From the NCBI GenBank assembly GCA_964356915.1, contig CAYHJF010000001.1, positions 77,743 to 141,742 on the forward strand: 64,000 nt of DNA, read 5' to 3'. The number at the start of each line of letters is the position of its first letter. Position 1 is the first letter of the stretch. Below are positions 9,987 to 20,881 of this stretch, one piece after another. The translations under genes were made by a program, and so were the position numbers. This DNA comes from an uncultured Candidatus Saccharibacteria bacterium. GTDB taxonomy: Bacteria > Patescibacteriota > Minisyncoccia > Ryanbacterales > GWA2-47-10b. Under the pieces are notes generated by a model. That model did not search any database, was not told the DNA's origin, and saw only the letters and a list, made by a program, of their open reading frames with translations.

Positions 9987-11285
9987 TTAACGGAGCTTTT
10001 TTGAGAAAAAATCCGAGAGCTCCAAAGACCCAACACGCTCCTGCTCACCCGAGTCACGATCGCGCACAGTTACGGTATCATCTTCAAGCGTCTGGTAGTC
10101 AACGGTCACACACCACGGAGTACCGATTTCATCTTGCCTTCTATACCGTTTGCCCACATTACCAATATCGTCCCACACCACTGACCCAATAGTCTTTTTG
10201 AGCTCGCCATATATCTCACGCGCCTTAGCAACGAGGTGCTCTTTATTTGAAGCGAGTGGAAAAACTGCAACCTTAATTGGAGCAAGCGTAGGCTTGAGAC
10301 GCAGTACAACTCTTTTGGACCCACCTAATTCGTCTTCGTCATACGCGGAGAGTAAGACCGCAAGCACTGTGCGGTCAACACCAAGCGATGGCTCAATAAC
10401 ATGCGGGATAAATGTTTCGTTCGCCTCTTCGTCGCGATATGAGAGATCTTTTGAACTATATTCTGAATGCTTTGTGAGGTCGTAATTTGTACGATATGCG
10501 AGTCCATACAGCTCCTTTTTGCCAAACGGATATTCAAACTCAAAATCAATCGTACGCTTTGAATAGTGCGCGCGATCTCCTGCCGCTACCTCAAGCTCGC
10601 TTACTGACTCTTTTGTAAGACCAATTGAGTCACACCACCTGAGCATCTCGCTACGAAAATGTTCAAAATGCACCTCCCACTCTCCCTCGCGAACAAAATA
10701 TTCGATCTCCATTTGCTCGAACTCGCGAGAACGAAATACAAAATCGCGTGGCGTAATTTCATTTCGAAATGCCTTGCCGATCTGCGCGATACCAAAAGGA
10801 AGTTTTGGGTGAAACGAATCAATCACATTTTTGAAATTCACAAAAATCCCCTGCGCGGTCTCGGGACGAAGATAGGAAGTATTCGAAGAATCCTCAACTG
10901 CGCCCACCTGCGTCTTAAACATCATATTAAATTGGCGAGGCTCTGTAAGTGCGCCTTCGCATTCGGGACACGTCGTCCCTTCTATCTGATCAGCACGAAA
11001 TCGTCTTTTACACTTTGTGCACTCAACCATTGGATCTGCAAACCCAGCGACATGTCCTGACGCTTCCCACACTCGCGCATTCATCAAGATTGCCGCATCG
11101 AGCCCAAACATATCTTCACGCTCCAAAACAAATTGTTTCCACCAAAGAGACTTGATGTTATTTTTGAGCGCCACGCCAAGCGGACCATAGTCCCACGTAC
11201 CCGCAAGTCCTCCGTAAACTTCAGACCCCGGAAAGATAAACCCTCGGCGCTTTGCAAGCGAAATGATTTGTTCAAGCGATGTCAT
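9987..11285 (-). CDS. glyQS: Glycine--tRNA ligase (alpha2 type)
   Basis: YLRPETAQGIF, FRNEITP, REFEQMEIE, VIEPSLGVDR and GKRYRRQDEIGTP motifs. Confidence 0.96.
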   Translation of the reverse strand: MTSLEQIISLAKRRGFIFPGSEVYGGLAGTWDYGPLGVALKNNIKSLWWKQFVLEREDMFGLDAAILMNARVWEASGHVAGFADPMVECTKCKRRFRADQIEGTTCPECEGALTEPRQFNMMFKTQVGAVEDSSNTSYLRPETAQGIFVNFKNVIDSFHPKLPFGIAQIGKAFRNEITPRDFVFRSREFEQMEIEYFVREGEWEVHFEHFRSEMLRWCDSIGLTKESVSELEVAAGDRAHYSKRTIDFEFEYPFGKKELYGLAYRTNYDLTKHSEYSSKDLSYRDEEANETFIPHVIEPSLGVDRTVLAVLLSAYDEDELGGSKRVVLRLKPTLAPIKVAVFPLASNKEHLVAKAREIYGELKKTIGSVVWDDIGNVGKRYRRQDEIGTPWCVTVDYQTLEDDTVTVRDRDSGEQERVGSLELSDFFSKKLR

Positions 11286-11318
11286 AGTAGTGACCCTATC
11301 ATACGAAAACCTCTCACG

Positions 11319-13253
11319 CTACTCGCGCACGGCAGCACCATTCACAACCGCTTCAGGATCGTTCCCAATGTCCGTATTGATCTGATTTGTCGGTTGTAAG
11401 AAAAGTCGACCGGTAAATGAGTCTTCAGCACGAAACGATGCTGCGGAAATAAGTTGTGGCGTAGAATCAACTTGCGGGAGTGATGGCTTGATACCTATTT
11501 GAAACGTTACCTCGCGTGGCTGATTTACATATCCAGTGCCTGCGGGAATTGTGCCGGGCAACCATACAAGTTCACCGGTCGTCTGCTTATACTGAAGTCG
11601 CTCCTGACTTGGAACAACAACATTTTTCCACGATACGTATGAAGGCAACGTCGCCTTCACCTCAACATTCTTTAAATCGCTATATGCATTCGCAATGGAC
11701 CATACAACTGTATAGGTGGTCTCAAGACCAACACGAGGAGGCAATGGTCCTGTATTTTGAATGCTTTGCCCAAAATAATATCCGTTTTGTACAAATCGTG
11801 CGCGCGTAGCAACTTTGTACGCCTTTTCAAATACACCGGACAAATCAACTCCTTGATATCCTGATGGTACTTCGGTCGTATGAATACGAGACTTGAGTGT
11901 AATAACAAAATCCTTATCACTCGGTGAAGTAATAGGAATATCTTTTAATAAGAGTATGCCGAAATCAAATTCACCACTTGCGCCCGGTTCAACAACAGAA
12001 AGTGCCGGTACACGCCCCGGGACCCATCGAAGTGCGTTGCGAGACTGATCATATTCGCCAAGAGTACTGGAAAGCCTCCTCAAATCGAGTGCCTTTCCAT
12101 CGAGCACAACTTCAACTTCCACATTATGAACGGCTACCGGCAAATTGTTGCGCCATCGCACCGTCCCTCGGAGTTCATCTCCCGCCGTAACCACGCCTGG
12201 CTCTTGTTCCCCCTGACTCAATCCAACCGCGACAGACAAGAGCGATGAATTAACGGCATATGTTTCTGACACTGTATTAAACGCAATCCATGAATCTTGC
12301 GCTCGATCATATAAACCAACGCGCGCATGAAATGTTTCTGGATTTTCGCTTGGTTTAATCTTTCCTCGGAGCGTAACGATGAACTCTCCGCTTGCGGGCA
12401 AATCTCCAATCTTCCACACATTATTACCTTGTTCTGGCGCAGGGGATGCGTCTGCATATTCAAACGAATCCGGATACTCAACCATCACATACATACCTCG
12501 AAAAACATTTTCTGCGCTTGATGTTACATGTAATTTGATTTCAGCCTGCTGCCCACCCTGTAATCCTTGTGGGATATCAAACTGAATTCCTAGCGATGTC
12601 GCATAAATTTTTGATTCATAGGTAACATCTTTTGAAAACCGCGCCGAGGAATCTTGGGGTCGATACTCGAGAGAAACGCGACCTCCTACAATACTATCCT
12701 TGGGCCCAAATACAATTCCTTGAAATATTTCTTCACTCACCGCCTCCGGTCCGAGCGTCTGCAACTCGCGCTTTTCTCGCTTGAGGCCAGTTTTAGAAAA
12801 TTCTCCTACAACCGGTTGAGTGCCGTTTGGAAATTCAAAGACGAGCACGGCATTTTCCAGCGGCGTTTTATTGCCATTTTTATATGTCACACGCCACGCA
12901 ACTTTTCTACCCGCAACGATCTCTTCTCCTCCTTCAACGGAAATAGAAATATTTTGTAACGTATCATGCCCTGGTTTAAATAAATTAAAACCACCCGCCG
13001 TCCAAAATAAATATCCAAAAATACCAAGTAACATTACAACTCCGCCGCCGATCCCCCAACGTATGATTGATCGGCTTATTCGCTTTTCGCGCATATCCTC
13101 TGGAGGTTGAGCTTCTTGATACTCATGTTCTTGTTCGTGCGACCACGCACCTGAAACATCTGCTCGATGTTTATCAAGTTGTGGTTCTTCATACCTCCGA
13201 TCAAAGCGTTCGTTCTTTCGAAAGAGACGCTTCTGTAAATCATCAATTCCCAT
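11319..13253 (-). CDS. Large single-pass membrane protein with tandem Ig-like (DUF11-like) domains
   Basis: 644 aa with one TM near residues 65-85, then repeated beta-rich 'W.IGDL'/'Y.V.W.I.N' modules. Confidence 0.7.
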   Translation of the reverse strand: MGIDDLQKRLFRKNERFDRRYEEPQLDKHRADVSGAWSHEQEHEYQEAQPPEDMREKRISRSIIRWGIGGGVVMLLGIFGYLFWTAGGFNLFKPGHDTLQNISISVEGGEEIVAGRKVAWRVTYKNGNKTPLENAVLVFEFPNGTQPVVGEFSKTGLKREKRELQTLGPEAVSEEIFQGIVFGPKDSIVGGRVSLEYRPQDSSARFSKDVTYESKIYATSLGIQFDIPQGLQGGQQAEIKLHVTSSAENVFRGMYVMVEYPDSFEYADASPAPEQGNNVWKIGDLPASGEFIVTLRGKIKPSENPETFHARVGLYDRAQDSWIAFNTVSETYAVNSSLLSVAVGLSQGEQEPGVVTAGDELRGTVRWRNNLPVAVHNVEVEVVLDGKALDLRRLSSTLGEYDQSRNALRWVPGRVPALSVVEPGASGEFDFGILLLKDIPITSPSDKDFVITLKSRIHTTEVPSGYQGVDLSGVFEKAYKVATRARFVQNGYYFGQSIQNTGPLPPRVGLETTYTVVWSIANAYSDLKNVEVKATLPSYVSWKNVVVPSQERLQYKQTTGELVWLPGTIPAGTGYVNQPREVTFQIGIKPSLPQVDSTPQLISAASFRAEDSFTGRLFLQPTNQINTDIGNDPEAVVNGAAVRE

Positions 13254-13290
13254 AGAGTACTTTCAATTATATACAACCTTTGCCTTAAGG

Positions 13291-13866
13291 TCATGCCCGA
13301 ATATGATTTGCAGCCAAAATCCGCTCGATTGCCGCCTCAAAATGAGCAACTTCTACTGGATCAGCTAAGAAAACCGCGTCACCCGCACCAACGATGAACT
13401 GAACTGCCCGTTTACCAAAAAACTGCGTAAGCATCGTACGATCTGGGCAAAGCCCTAACGCCAAAAGAGTTCGTATCTTGAGCGCGGCAAGACGCTCATA
13501 TGAATTAAGTTGCTGTAATAACTCGACTGTTCGCCACAAATCAAGACTCTCCTCGCGCTCCGTAACAAGCTTCAAAAGAAACGCGCAAAATTGAGCCGCA
13601 TAAAATGACTCTGGACGAGACGAATCAACTCCCTGCATAACCTCTATATCAATCAATCTCCACACATCTCTTCCAACGGTCACCGTAATACGAACGGGAG
13701 CCCACAATATCACATGCCCCCGTAATTTCGATTTCTCATGACGAATACCTTTTGCAATAACATCAACTCGCCCCCATGTCTTTGTGTAAAATATAACCAT
13801 CCGATCCGCCTCTCCGATCGGATATGATCGGAGTATGTAAGCTTCAGACGTATAATACGTACTCAT
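13291..13866 (-). CDS. recO: DNA repair protein RecO (short form)
   Basis: 'GEADR...YTKTWGRV..IAKGIR..KSKLRG' RecO N-terminal OB fold. Confidence 0.88.
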   Translation of the reverse strand: MSTYYTSEAYILRSYPIGEADRMVIFYTKTWGRVDVIAKGIRHEKSKLRGHVILWAPVRITVTVGRDVWRLIDIEVMQGVDSSRPESFYAAQFCAFLLKLVTEREESLDLWRTVELLQQLNSYERLAALKIRTLLALGLCPDRTMLTQFFGKRAVQFIVGAGDAVFLADPVEVAHFEAAIERILAANHIRA

Positions 13867-16800
13867 GCCTCAAGCTTGGCAATTGCAATGCGCGTCTTTA
13901 TACCATCGATGAGTTGTTCTTCGTCAAGAAGAGGATTTTTTAACGAAGCGGGGAGGATAAACTCCGCAACACGCGCGCCCCTTTTTACAACCTCCGTAAA
14001 TTCTCCGAGAATTTCTGTATCCATGTCAACCGTAATCATATCCGTTGGGTGTAGCTCCGCGCGCTTACGCATATCCTGAAGAATACGGGTAATCTCTCGT
14101 GCAAGACCCTCAGCCTTAAGCTCTGGCGTTATCTCTAGATTAAGAAGCGCTAGTTCATTTTGCGCCTTATTGATATTTATAGCTTTTACATTGAGCTCAT
14201 CTTTAAGAATTGAAAGAAGTGCTTTATCGGTTACGGTAGTTTTTTTAACAATCAACGCGCCCAACGGCTGACGGACTTTGATGCCAGCGCGCGCGCGAAG
14301 CTCAAGCCCAAGCGCGGCAAGACGTCTCACTTCCTGCATTTGTGTAGTCAGTGTTTTTGATACAATTTTTTTCTTAGGCCACGTCTCAAGATGCACGCTC
14401 ACTGATGAACCACCAAGAGCCTGATATATAATCTCACTGGTAAACGGAACAAACGGAGCACACATCCTTGCAGTCTCCAGCAATACCGCTCTCAACGTTG
14501 CAATGCCATCTCCATCTTTCATGCGTTCACGCGAACGACGAATATACCATCGAGAAATATCTTCGCCTACAAACGCTTCGAGTTCACGCGCGGCCCCAAC
14601 AATATCATATCCATCCATACACTTTGTCACCTTATCGCGCACTTCACTCACGCGTGCCACAATCCATCGATCAAGTACATTTGCTGTCACGCGCTTCTTT
14701 TTTATCACTTCTGTATGCGCGTACATCTCATAAAACCGTAACCCGTTGAGCAAGAAATCGATAAAATTACGTTTTGTCTTTTCAACATCATTGATATCGA
14801 ATAACTTTGAATCCTCGGGCTGATTTATCGTATAGAAATACCATCGCACCGCATCAGCACCATATTTTTCAAAAAGCATATTCGGCTCAACAACATTTCC
14901 CTTTGACTTGGACATCTTCTTTCCTTTTGTATCGAGTACATGACCAAGCGACAACACATGTTTATACGGCGCTCCCTTCCCTAACAACACCGATACTGCA
15001 AGAAGCACATAAAACCATCCGCGCGTCTGATCAACAGCTTCCGCGATATAATCTGCTGGAAACGCGATTTTCTTATCGATGCGTTCTTTATGTTCAAAAG
15101 GATAGTGTGACTGCGCGAATGGCATCGCCCCCGAATCAAACCACACGTCTGCCACATCCGGCACGCGCTTCATGGACGATCCGCACCCCGTGCATCGTAC
15201 AGCGACAGCATCAATATACGGACGATGTACATCAAGCTCCCCTTTATCGTTGCGAGGCAGCGCTACTGCAAGAACCTTGTTAATGTCTCCGTTTTTTGGA
15301 TATTTACCACTCGGTTTTTTGTGGTCTTCGAGTACCGCCTTCATCACTCCCTCCAAAAACCACAACGTATCAGCGTGACTTACGATGATAATACGTTTGT
15401 GTTTGTGAAGTGTTTCGACACGCTGGAAAAACCGATAGGCCCGTTTTTTAAGATCATCCCACGACTCTCCATCACCCGGAAATGGAGTCGTAAAACGATC
15501 CACTCGCTCTTCCCATGCATCAATCTCTGACTCCGGCTTCATATTAAAGTCTCCAATATGAACCTCTCGCAAGTCCTCATCATATAAAACCGGTACGCCA
15601 AGCTCACGCGCAAGAATTTCTGTCGTCTCTTTTGTACGCAAGAGATCCGACGACAAAATAAGATCGATCTTTGCCTTTTTCAATTTCTTCGCCGCCAATT
15701 TTATCTCCTTTACTCCACGTGGCGTCAATCCAAGTTGATCTCCTTTTACTGTATTGGAGCCGATCTGGAGCTGATTATTTTTTGCAAAACCATGTCGTAC
15801 AAAATAATACACGTTGTCACTCGTAACGCCATGCTCTCCTAGTTCCTTCATCGAGCCAAACACATCGACACGGTCACACCCCTCACACTTCCACACAGGA
15901 ATCGGCGCGCCCCAATACCGTTCGCGTGAAAACGCCCAATCTCGCGCATCCTTAATCCATTGGCCAAACCGCCCATCTTTTAAATGTGCTGGATGCCATT
16001 CAACTGTTTTATTTGCCTCAACAAGCTCGCGGCGCAATTTACTGACACGCACCCACCATGACCGGCGCGCCACGTACAGAAGCGGCGTATCGCAACGCCA
16101 ACAAAATGGGTAGTCGTGCTCGTATACTTCTTTTTTCCAAAGAAGATTTTTTTGTTCGAGATCTTTAATGATTAACGGGTCAGCATCTTTTACAAAAATT
16201 CCCTGCCACTGTGGCACCACATTCGTAAAACGCCCCTCGTCATCGATTGTCGTAAGAATAGGCAAATCAAATTCTCGTCCAACTTTCATATCGTCCTCAC
16301 CAAATGCCGGCGCAATATGCACGATGCCCGTACCATCATCTTCGGAGATGAATTTTGCGGACACTACTTTATATGGTACGTTTTCAGCGCGAAATGGTGG
16401 ATCATATTCAAGTCCCACAAGATTTGCTCCTTTTTCCGCCCACTGCTGCTCTCTTTCTGGAAAAAGCTTGTCCGCAAGCTTTTTAAGCATAATAAACTTC
16501 TCACCCTTATCATCAACAGTGACGTACTCAAGATCAGGATGTACCGCCGCCGCGACGTTGGCAGGCAAAGTCCATGGCGTTGTCGTCCATACAAGCAGTG
16601 AACCTCGTCGAGTTTTTAAGGGAAATCTTACGTATACTGAATCGTCTTTTGTTTTTTTGTACCCTTGAGCAAGCTCATGACTTGAAAGTGCGGTGCCACA
16701 TCGCACGCACCACGGCAAAATTTTATAATCTTCATAAAAAAGCTTTTTATTCCAAAACTCCTTGATAACCCACCAGAGCGATTCAATATATGTATTATTG

Positions 16801-17222
16801 AGCGTGACATACGCGTTCTTAAAATCGAGCCAGTAGCCCATGCGATCGGTCATCTTCTCCCACTCGCCTTTGTAAAAAAATACGTCCTCGCGAGCTGTCT
16901 CAACAAATTTCTGAATACCAATTTTTTCTTCAATATCTCGCTTGCGCGTAATACCAAGTTTTTTTTCGGCAGCCATCTCTGTCGGCAACCCATGCGTATC
17001 CCATCCAGCGCGACGCTCAACCAAAAAACCTTGCATCGTCTTGTACCGAATCATGACATCCTTAAAAGCCCGCGCCTCTACGTGGTGAAGCCCCGGGAGA
17101 CCATTTGCATATGGAGGTCCCTCAAAAAAAACGAAGCGCTTGGATCCCTTGCGCTGCTTAAGGCTTTTCTCGAATATATTCTTCTCAGCCCAGAATCCAA
17201 GGACCTCGAGCTCATTTCGCAT
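13863..17222 (-). CDS. ileS: Isoleucine--tRNA ligase (type 2) with histidine-phosphatase insertion
   Basis: EGPPYANG, GWDTHGLP, WTTTPWTLP, SRERYWG, DQTRGWF and KMSKS motifs. Start probably MRNELE (the ORF extends to 17264). Confidence 0.96.
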   Translation of the reverse strand: MRNELEVLGFWAEKNIFEKSLKQRKGSKRFVFFEGPPYANGLPGLHHVEARAFKDVMIRYKTMQGFLVERRAGWDTHGLPTEMAAEKKLGITRKRDIEEKIGIQKFVETAREDVFFYKGEWEKMTDRMGYWLDFKNAYVTLNNTYIESLWWVIKEFWNKKLFYEDYKILPWCVRCGTALSSHELAQGYKKTKDDSVYVRFPLKTRRGSLLVWTTTPWTLPANVAAAVHPDLEYVTVDDKGEKFIMLKKLADKLFPEREQQWAEKGANLVGLEYDPPFRAENVPYKVVSAKFISEDDGTGIVHIAPAFGEDDMKVGREFDLPILTTIDDEGRFTNVVPQWQGIFVKDADPLIIKDLEQKNLLWKKEVYEHDYPFCWRCDTPLLYVARRSWWVRVSKLRRELVEANKTVEWHPAHLKDGRFGQWIKDARDWAFSRERYWGAPIPVWKCEGCDRVDVFGSMKELGEHGVTSDNVYYFVRHGFAKNNQLQIGSNTVKGDQLGLTPRGVKEIKLAAKKLKKAKIDLILSSDLLRTKETTEILARELGVPVLYDEDLREVHIGDFNMKPESEIDAWEERVDRFTTPFPGDGESWDDLKKRAYRFFQRVETLHKHKRIIIVSHADTLWFLEGVMKAVLEDHKKPSGKYPKNGDINKVLAVALPRNDKGELDVHRPYIDAVAVRCTGCGSSMKRVPDVADVWFDSGAMPFAQSHYPFEHKERIDKKIAFPADYIAEAVDQTRGWFYVLLAVSVLLGKGAPYKHVLSLGHVLDTKGKKMSKSKGNVVEPNMLFEKYGADAVRWYFYTINQPEDSKLFDINDVEKTKRNFIDFLLNGLRFYEMYAHTEVIKKKRVTANVLDRWIVARVSEVRDKVTKCMDGYDIVGAARELEAFVGEDISRWYIRRSRERMKDGDGIATLRAVLLETARMCAPFVPFTSEIIYQALGGSSVSVHLETWPKKKIVSKTLTTQMQEVRRLAALGLELRARAGIKVRQPLGALIVKKTTVTDKALLSILKDELNVKAININKAQNELALLNLEITPELKAEGLAREITRILQDMRKRAELHPTDMITVDMDTEILGEFTEVVKRGARVAEFILPASLKNPLLDEEQLIDGIKTRIAIAKLEA

Positions 17223-17321
17223 TTTTCTATTATTAACGAAAATGTTACTTATTTCAATGCTCAAGACGATTGACTCTCATCTTATTCTTGTTACGCTGAC
17301 GCAAGAATTGGAGGACAAGAA

Positions 17322-17609
17322 ATGCTACTTGAAATCTGGCATCATAAAGATCGAGCATCTGAATGGGCTGAAGTATCCGCTGTAAGAATGACGGGACCTT
17401 CAACTGCGCAAATTTTTCTCTCTGACCCAAATCAAGTATGGTTTTTACTCGCCTCTCCAACGCGTGTCCATGAAAATGAAAATCGCTGGGTATATCACGC
17501 AACCATATCCATACAAACTAATGAGAAACTCGAGGGAGTACTCACAGCTATCCGTCATGATCTTGGTTTTAAGGAAATTTTTCTCCCATTTAAACTCCAT
17601 CTCACATAA
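17322..17609 (+). CDS. Hypothetical ORFan, SD-led
   Basis: TTGACT..TACGCT promoter-like sequence, GGAGG SD 7 nt before the ATG, and a terminator right after the stop. Confidence 0.6.
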   Translation: MLLEIWHHKDRASEWAEVSAVRMTGPSTAQIFLSDPNQVWFLLASPTRVHENENRWVYHATISIQTNEKLEGVLTAIRHDLGFKEIFLPFKLHLT

Positions 17610-17610
17610 C

Positions 17611-17643
17611 AAAAAACACCGAGCTTTTATACTCGGTATTTTT
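17611..17643. terminator. Bidirectional intrinsic terminator
   Basis: A-run, ACCGAG...CTCGGT stem and T-run between convergent genes. Confidence 0.65.
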
Positions 17644-17667
17644 ATACTATCTCTCTAAACTTTATAT

Positions 17668-18378
17668 TTACTGTTCGATCATAACAGTCATCGTATCGCC
17701 CTGTTGGATCTTTCGCGCTACATCAATCCCACTCACTACTTTGCCGAATACTGTGTGTTTACCATTGAGATGGGGCTGAGGCGCGTCAGTAATAATAAAG
17801 AATTGACTGCCGTTTGTATTAGGACCCGCGTTCGCCATCGAGATCGCGCCTACATCATTTTTGAGAGACTGTAAGGAATAATCATACTGATATCCCTGTG
17901 CCTCATACCCCTTAATAACTTGCTCGGGTACACCAAGTGCTTTCGGATTTATTTCATCCGCAAATTTATACCCAGGACCACCTGTACCATTTCCTGAAGG
18001 ATCTCCTCCTTGGATCATGAATCCTTGGATGACGCGATGAAATGTAAGTCCATTGTAAAATCCTTTCTTCGCAAGCGTCACAAAGTTATCAACGGTCTTA
18101 GGAGCAACGCTCGGATATAATTCGATTTTAATTTCTCCTTTTGGAGTTTGCATCGCTACCTTGATAACTTGCGCGGCGACGACTGATGGGTTTTGTTCCA
18201 TAGATGGTTTTTGATTTAAATTTTGCTCAACCTGATTATTAATACCTTGTGCCGTGTCTTGGAAGGAATCCTTTGCCTCGCTCGGCTTTTTACCGTTAAA
18301 AATAAAGAGAACCGCTCCCGTGATAACAATAGCGGTCATAAATCCGCCAAGAATAATAGTTTGTTTTGATGCATCCAT
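17668..18378 (-). CDS. Cyclophilin-type peptidyl-prolyl isomerase, membrane anchored
   Basis: [31 protein letters not shown] and HTVFG motifs. TACTAT 6 nt before the ATG at 18378 favours this start. Confidence 0.93.
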   Translation of the reverse strand: MDASKQTIILGGFMTAIVITGAVLFIFNGKKPSEAKDSFQDTAQGINNQVEQNLNQKPSMEQNPSVVAAQVIKVAMQTPKGEIKIELYPSVAPKTVDNFVTLAKKGFYNGLTFHRVIQGFMIQGGDPSGNGTGGPGYKFADEINPKALGVPEQVIKGYEAQGYQYDYSLQSLKNDVGAISMANAGPNTNGSQFFIITDAPQPHLNGKHTVFGKVVSGIDVARKIQQGDTMTVMIEQ

Positions 18379-18440
18379 ACCAAAATAGTATAGAGAGGTG
18401 CCCATGCAAACGCAAGAAAAACTCGCGCAATGCTATTAAT

Positions 18441-18743
18441 TTAAAAAAGTGATTGATAACTATTGAAAATATACGCAAACACACCTGCATAGCTCAAATC
18501 GAGTAAAAGTCCCGCATATATCCATCGTGATTTTAATAAAAATGATATAACGGTCACCACCCCAAGCGCGCTAAACGGGATAATGACAAAAAATACGTAG
18601 AATGCTCCTATAGCACCGTTCCATTCCGCACACGGAGTCAAGCCAAAGCAAAGAAGAAAACCAAAAAAACAAGAAACTCCGACGACAACAATAGCCACTA
18701 GCCACGCAAGAGTCTCTATAAAAAATTTTGTCATATCTTTCAT
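18441..18743 (-). CDS. Hypothetical membrane protein (3 TM)
   Basis: 100-aa hydrophobic ORF directly downstream of argS. Confidence 0.6.
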   Translation of the reverse strand: MKDMTKFFIETLAWLVAIVVVGVSCFFGFLLCFGLTPCAEWNGAIGAFYVFFVIIPFSALGVVTVISFLLKSRWIYAGLLLDLSYAGVFAYIFNSYQSLF

Positions 18744-18748
18744 ATTCT

Positions 18749-20362
18749 CTACATTCGCTCTGGGGCAGAAACTCCCAAAAGCTTGAGTGTGCGCTCGATA
18801 GTCTGTTTTGCTAGTAAGGCAAGTCCAAGGCGTGCATATTCAACTTCGCGCCCACCGCCAATAACCTTTGTCGTCTCATAAAAACTCGTAAAAGTGCGCG
18901 CGAGCTCGTATACGTACCTCGTCAACCTCTGTACTTCAAAATCGACTGCCGTATCGTCGAGTACCCCCTGAAACTGAAGTATGTGTTTCAAAAGTGTGGC
19001 CTCTCGCTCACTTTCACATAATTCCCACTTCGCTTTTTTAAGATCAATTCTCTTCTTTGACTTACGCAAAATCCCCGCCGCGCGCGCATACGCATACTGC
19101 ACATAATAAACTGGATTGTCTTTGGAATGTTTTTTGGCAAGCGTCATATCGAATTGCATACCAGATCGTGGAGCATACTGAAGCATAAAAAATCGAAACG
19201 CGTCTTTACCTACTTCTTTTAATACTTCTTCCGCGGTCACAAAGTTTCCTTTCCGCTTCGACATAGTTACTACTTCACCATTCTTTATAAGATTCACCTG
19301 CCCATACATCGCTACATGAAAATGATCGAGCGGAAAGCCAAATGTATGCGCGATCGATTTAAGCTTTGGAATATGTCCCTCGTGCCCTTCGCCAAATACA
19401 TCGAGTACAAAATCATTTTTAGCGAATTTTTCTTTGTGATACGCGATATCATTTGCAAAATATAAGAGCGTGCCATCGGCCTTCGCCACCACCGTCTCTC
19501 TATCTTTCAAAAACTCATCATGCGGGGCATACCATACTGCCCCCTCCTTCTCGATTAACATTTTCTTGCGACGAAGTTCATCAAGTACTTTTTTTGTTTT
19601 GTTTTTTGCGAGCACGCTCTCCTTGATAATTTTATCAAACTTGATTCCGAGCTTTTTGAGCGTAGCAAAGTTTTCAACCCAAAACTTCTTGAGTGCCAAC
19701 TCGGCAAGAACACTCTTTCCATTTTTCTTCTTTAATAAAGTCTTTTTGTACTTACGAAACGCCGCGCGGGCAATTTCCTTTATATACTCACCTTCGTAAC
19801 CTTCCTCGGGCAACTGAGATGGAATTTTGCAGGCGACCAAATACCAATGCCACAAAGAATTTTCGAGTTTCGTGATCTGGGCACCCGCATCATTATGAAA
19901 ATACTCACGCGTCACCTTCCATCCTGTCGCTTCTATAATATTTGAAATTGTGTCCCCGAGCGGACCACCGCGCGCGTTCCCAACATGAATCGGACCTGTA
20001 GGGTTTGCCGAAACGAACTCAACAGAGACTGTTCCACGCTTCTTTTTTTTCTCTGGCTTAAGCGTTTCTTGAATCATTTGTCCAACGAATGCCGATGACA
20101 AGAAAAAGTTAAGAAACCCTGGCTGGGCAACTTGAATCGAATAAAAAGTATCTTGATGCTTTTCAAAAATCTTTTCAGCAAGCCCTTCAGCTACAGCAAT
20201 GGGACTTTTTCCTTCTTTTTTCGCTAAAATAAAAGCAACATTTGACGCATAGTCTCCGCGTCCGGCAATCTCCGGTACAGAAACTGTAAAATGTGCGTCA
20301 GCTCCAACTTCTTTGCGAATAATCTCTTCAATTATTTTTCGTATATTTCGTTCGGCCTGCAT
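18749..20362 (-). CDS. argS: Arginine--tRNA ligase
   Basis: EFVSANPTGPIHVGNAR, MSKRKG and NPVYYVQYAYAR motifs. Confidence 0.97.
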   Translation of the reverse strand: MQAERNIRKIIEEIIRKEVGADAHFTVSVPEIAGRGDYASNVAFILAKKEGKSPIAVAEGLAEKIFEKHQDTFYSIQVAQPGFLNFFLSSAFVGQMIQETLKPEKKKKRGTVSVEFVSANPTGPIHVGNARGGPLGDTISNIIEATGWKVTREYFHNDAGAQITKLENSLWHWYLVACKIPSQLPEEGYEGEYIKEIARAAFRKYKKTLLKKKNGKSVLAELALKKFWVENFATLKKLGIKFDKIIKESVLAKNKTKKVLDELRRKKMLIEKEGAVWYAPHDEFLKDRETVVAKADGTLLYFANDIAYHKEKFAKNDFVLDVFGEGHEGHIPKLKSIAHTFGFPLDHFHVAMYGQVNLIKNGEVVTMSKRKGNFVTAEEVLKEVGKDAFRFFMLQYAPRSGMQFDMTLAKKHSKDNPVYYVQYAYARAAGILRKSKKRIDLKKAKWELCESEREATLLKHILQFQGVLDDTAVDFEVQRLTRYVYELARTFTSFYETTKVIGGGREVEYARLGLALLAKQTIERTLKLLGVSAPERM

Positions 20363-20417
20363 ATACGCTACTCTAACGTAAAATCAAGTCCTGTACTATA
20401 GTAATAATACTATCGCT

Positions 20418-20858
20418 ATGCCCACACTGAATAAAAAAGTTCATTTTAACTATGAAGTTCTCGAAACCTTCGAAGCGGGTCTCGAGCTTCTTGGCTTTGA
20501 GGTTAAGTCCGTCACTAAAGGAAATGCGCATTTAGAAGGCGCTCGCGTTCTTATTCGCGGAGATGAGGCATTTGTCGTTGGGCTTTCTATCCCCCCATAC
20601 CAACAAAACAATACTCCAAAAGACTACGAACCGGATCGTACACGGAAATTACTCCTCCATAAAAAAGAAATCACATACTTAACAGGCAAAGCAAGCGAGC
20701 GGGGCTTGACATTAGTGCCAATTAAGTTGTATAATAAGGGCCGACGAATTAAGCTCTCTTTTGGTATCGCTCGCGGCAAAAAACTTTACGACAAACGCGA
20801 AACAATCAAAAAACGCGAGGTTGATCGCAAGATCGAACGAGAACTTAAAAACTCCTAA
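20418..20858 (+). CDS. smpB: SsrA-binding protein
   Basis: EAGLELLGFEVKS, RTRKLLLHKKEI and GKKLYDKRETIK motifs. Confidence 0.97.
   Translation: MPTLNKKVHFNYEVLETFEAGLELLGFEVKSVTKGNAHLEGARVLIRGDEAFVVGLSIPPYQQNNTPKDYEPDRTRKLLLHKKEITYLTGKASERGLTLVPIKLYNKGRRIKLSFGIARGKKLYDKRETIKKREVDRKIERELKNS
20706..20735 (+). promoter_or_regulatory. Consensus sigma70 promoter inside smpB, likely driving tmRNA
   Basis: TTGACA(20706-11)-18 nt-TATAAT(20730-35). Confidence 0.6.
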
Positions 20859-20881
20859 CTAGATTTTATACGTGGCTTTCG

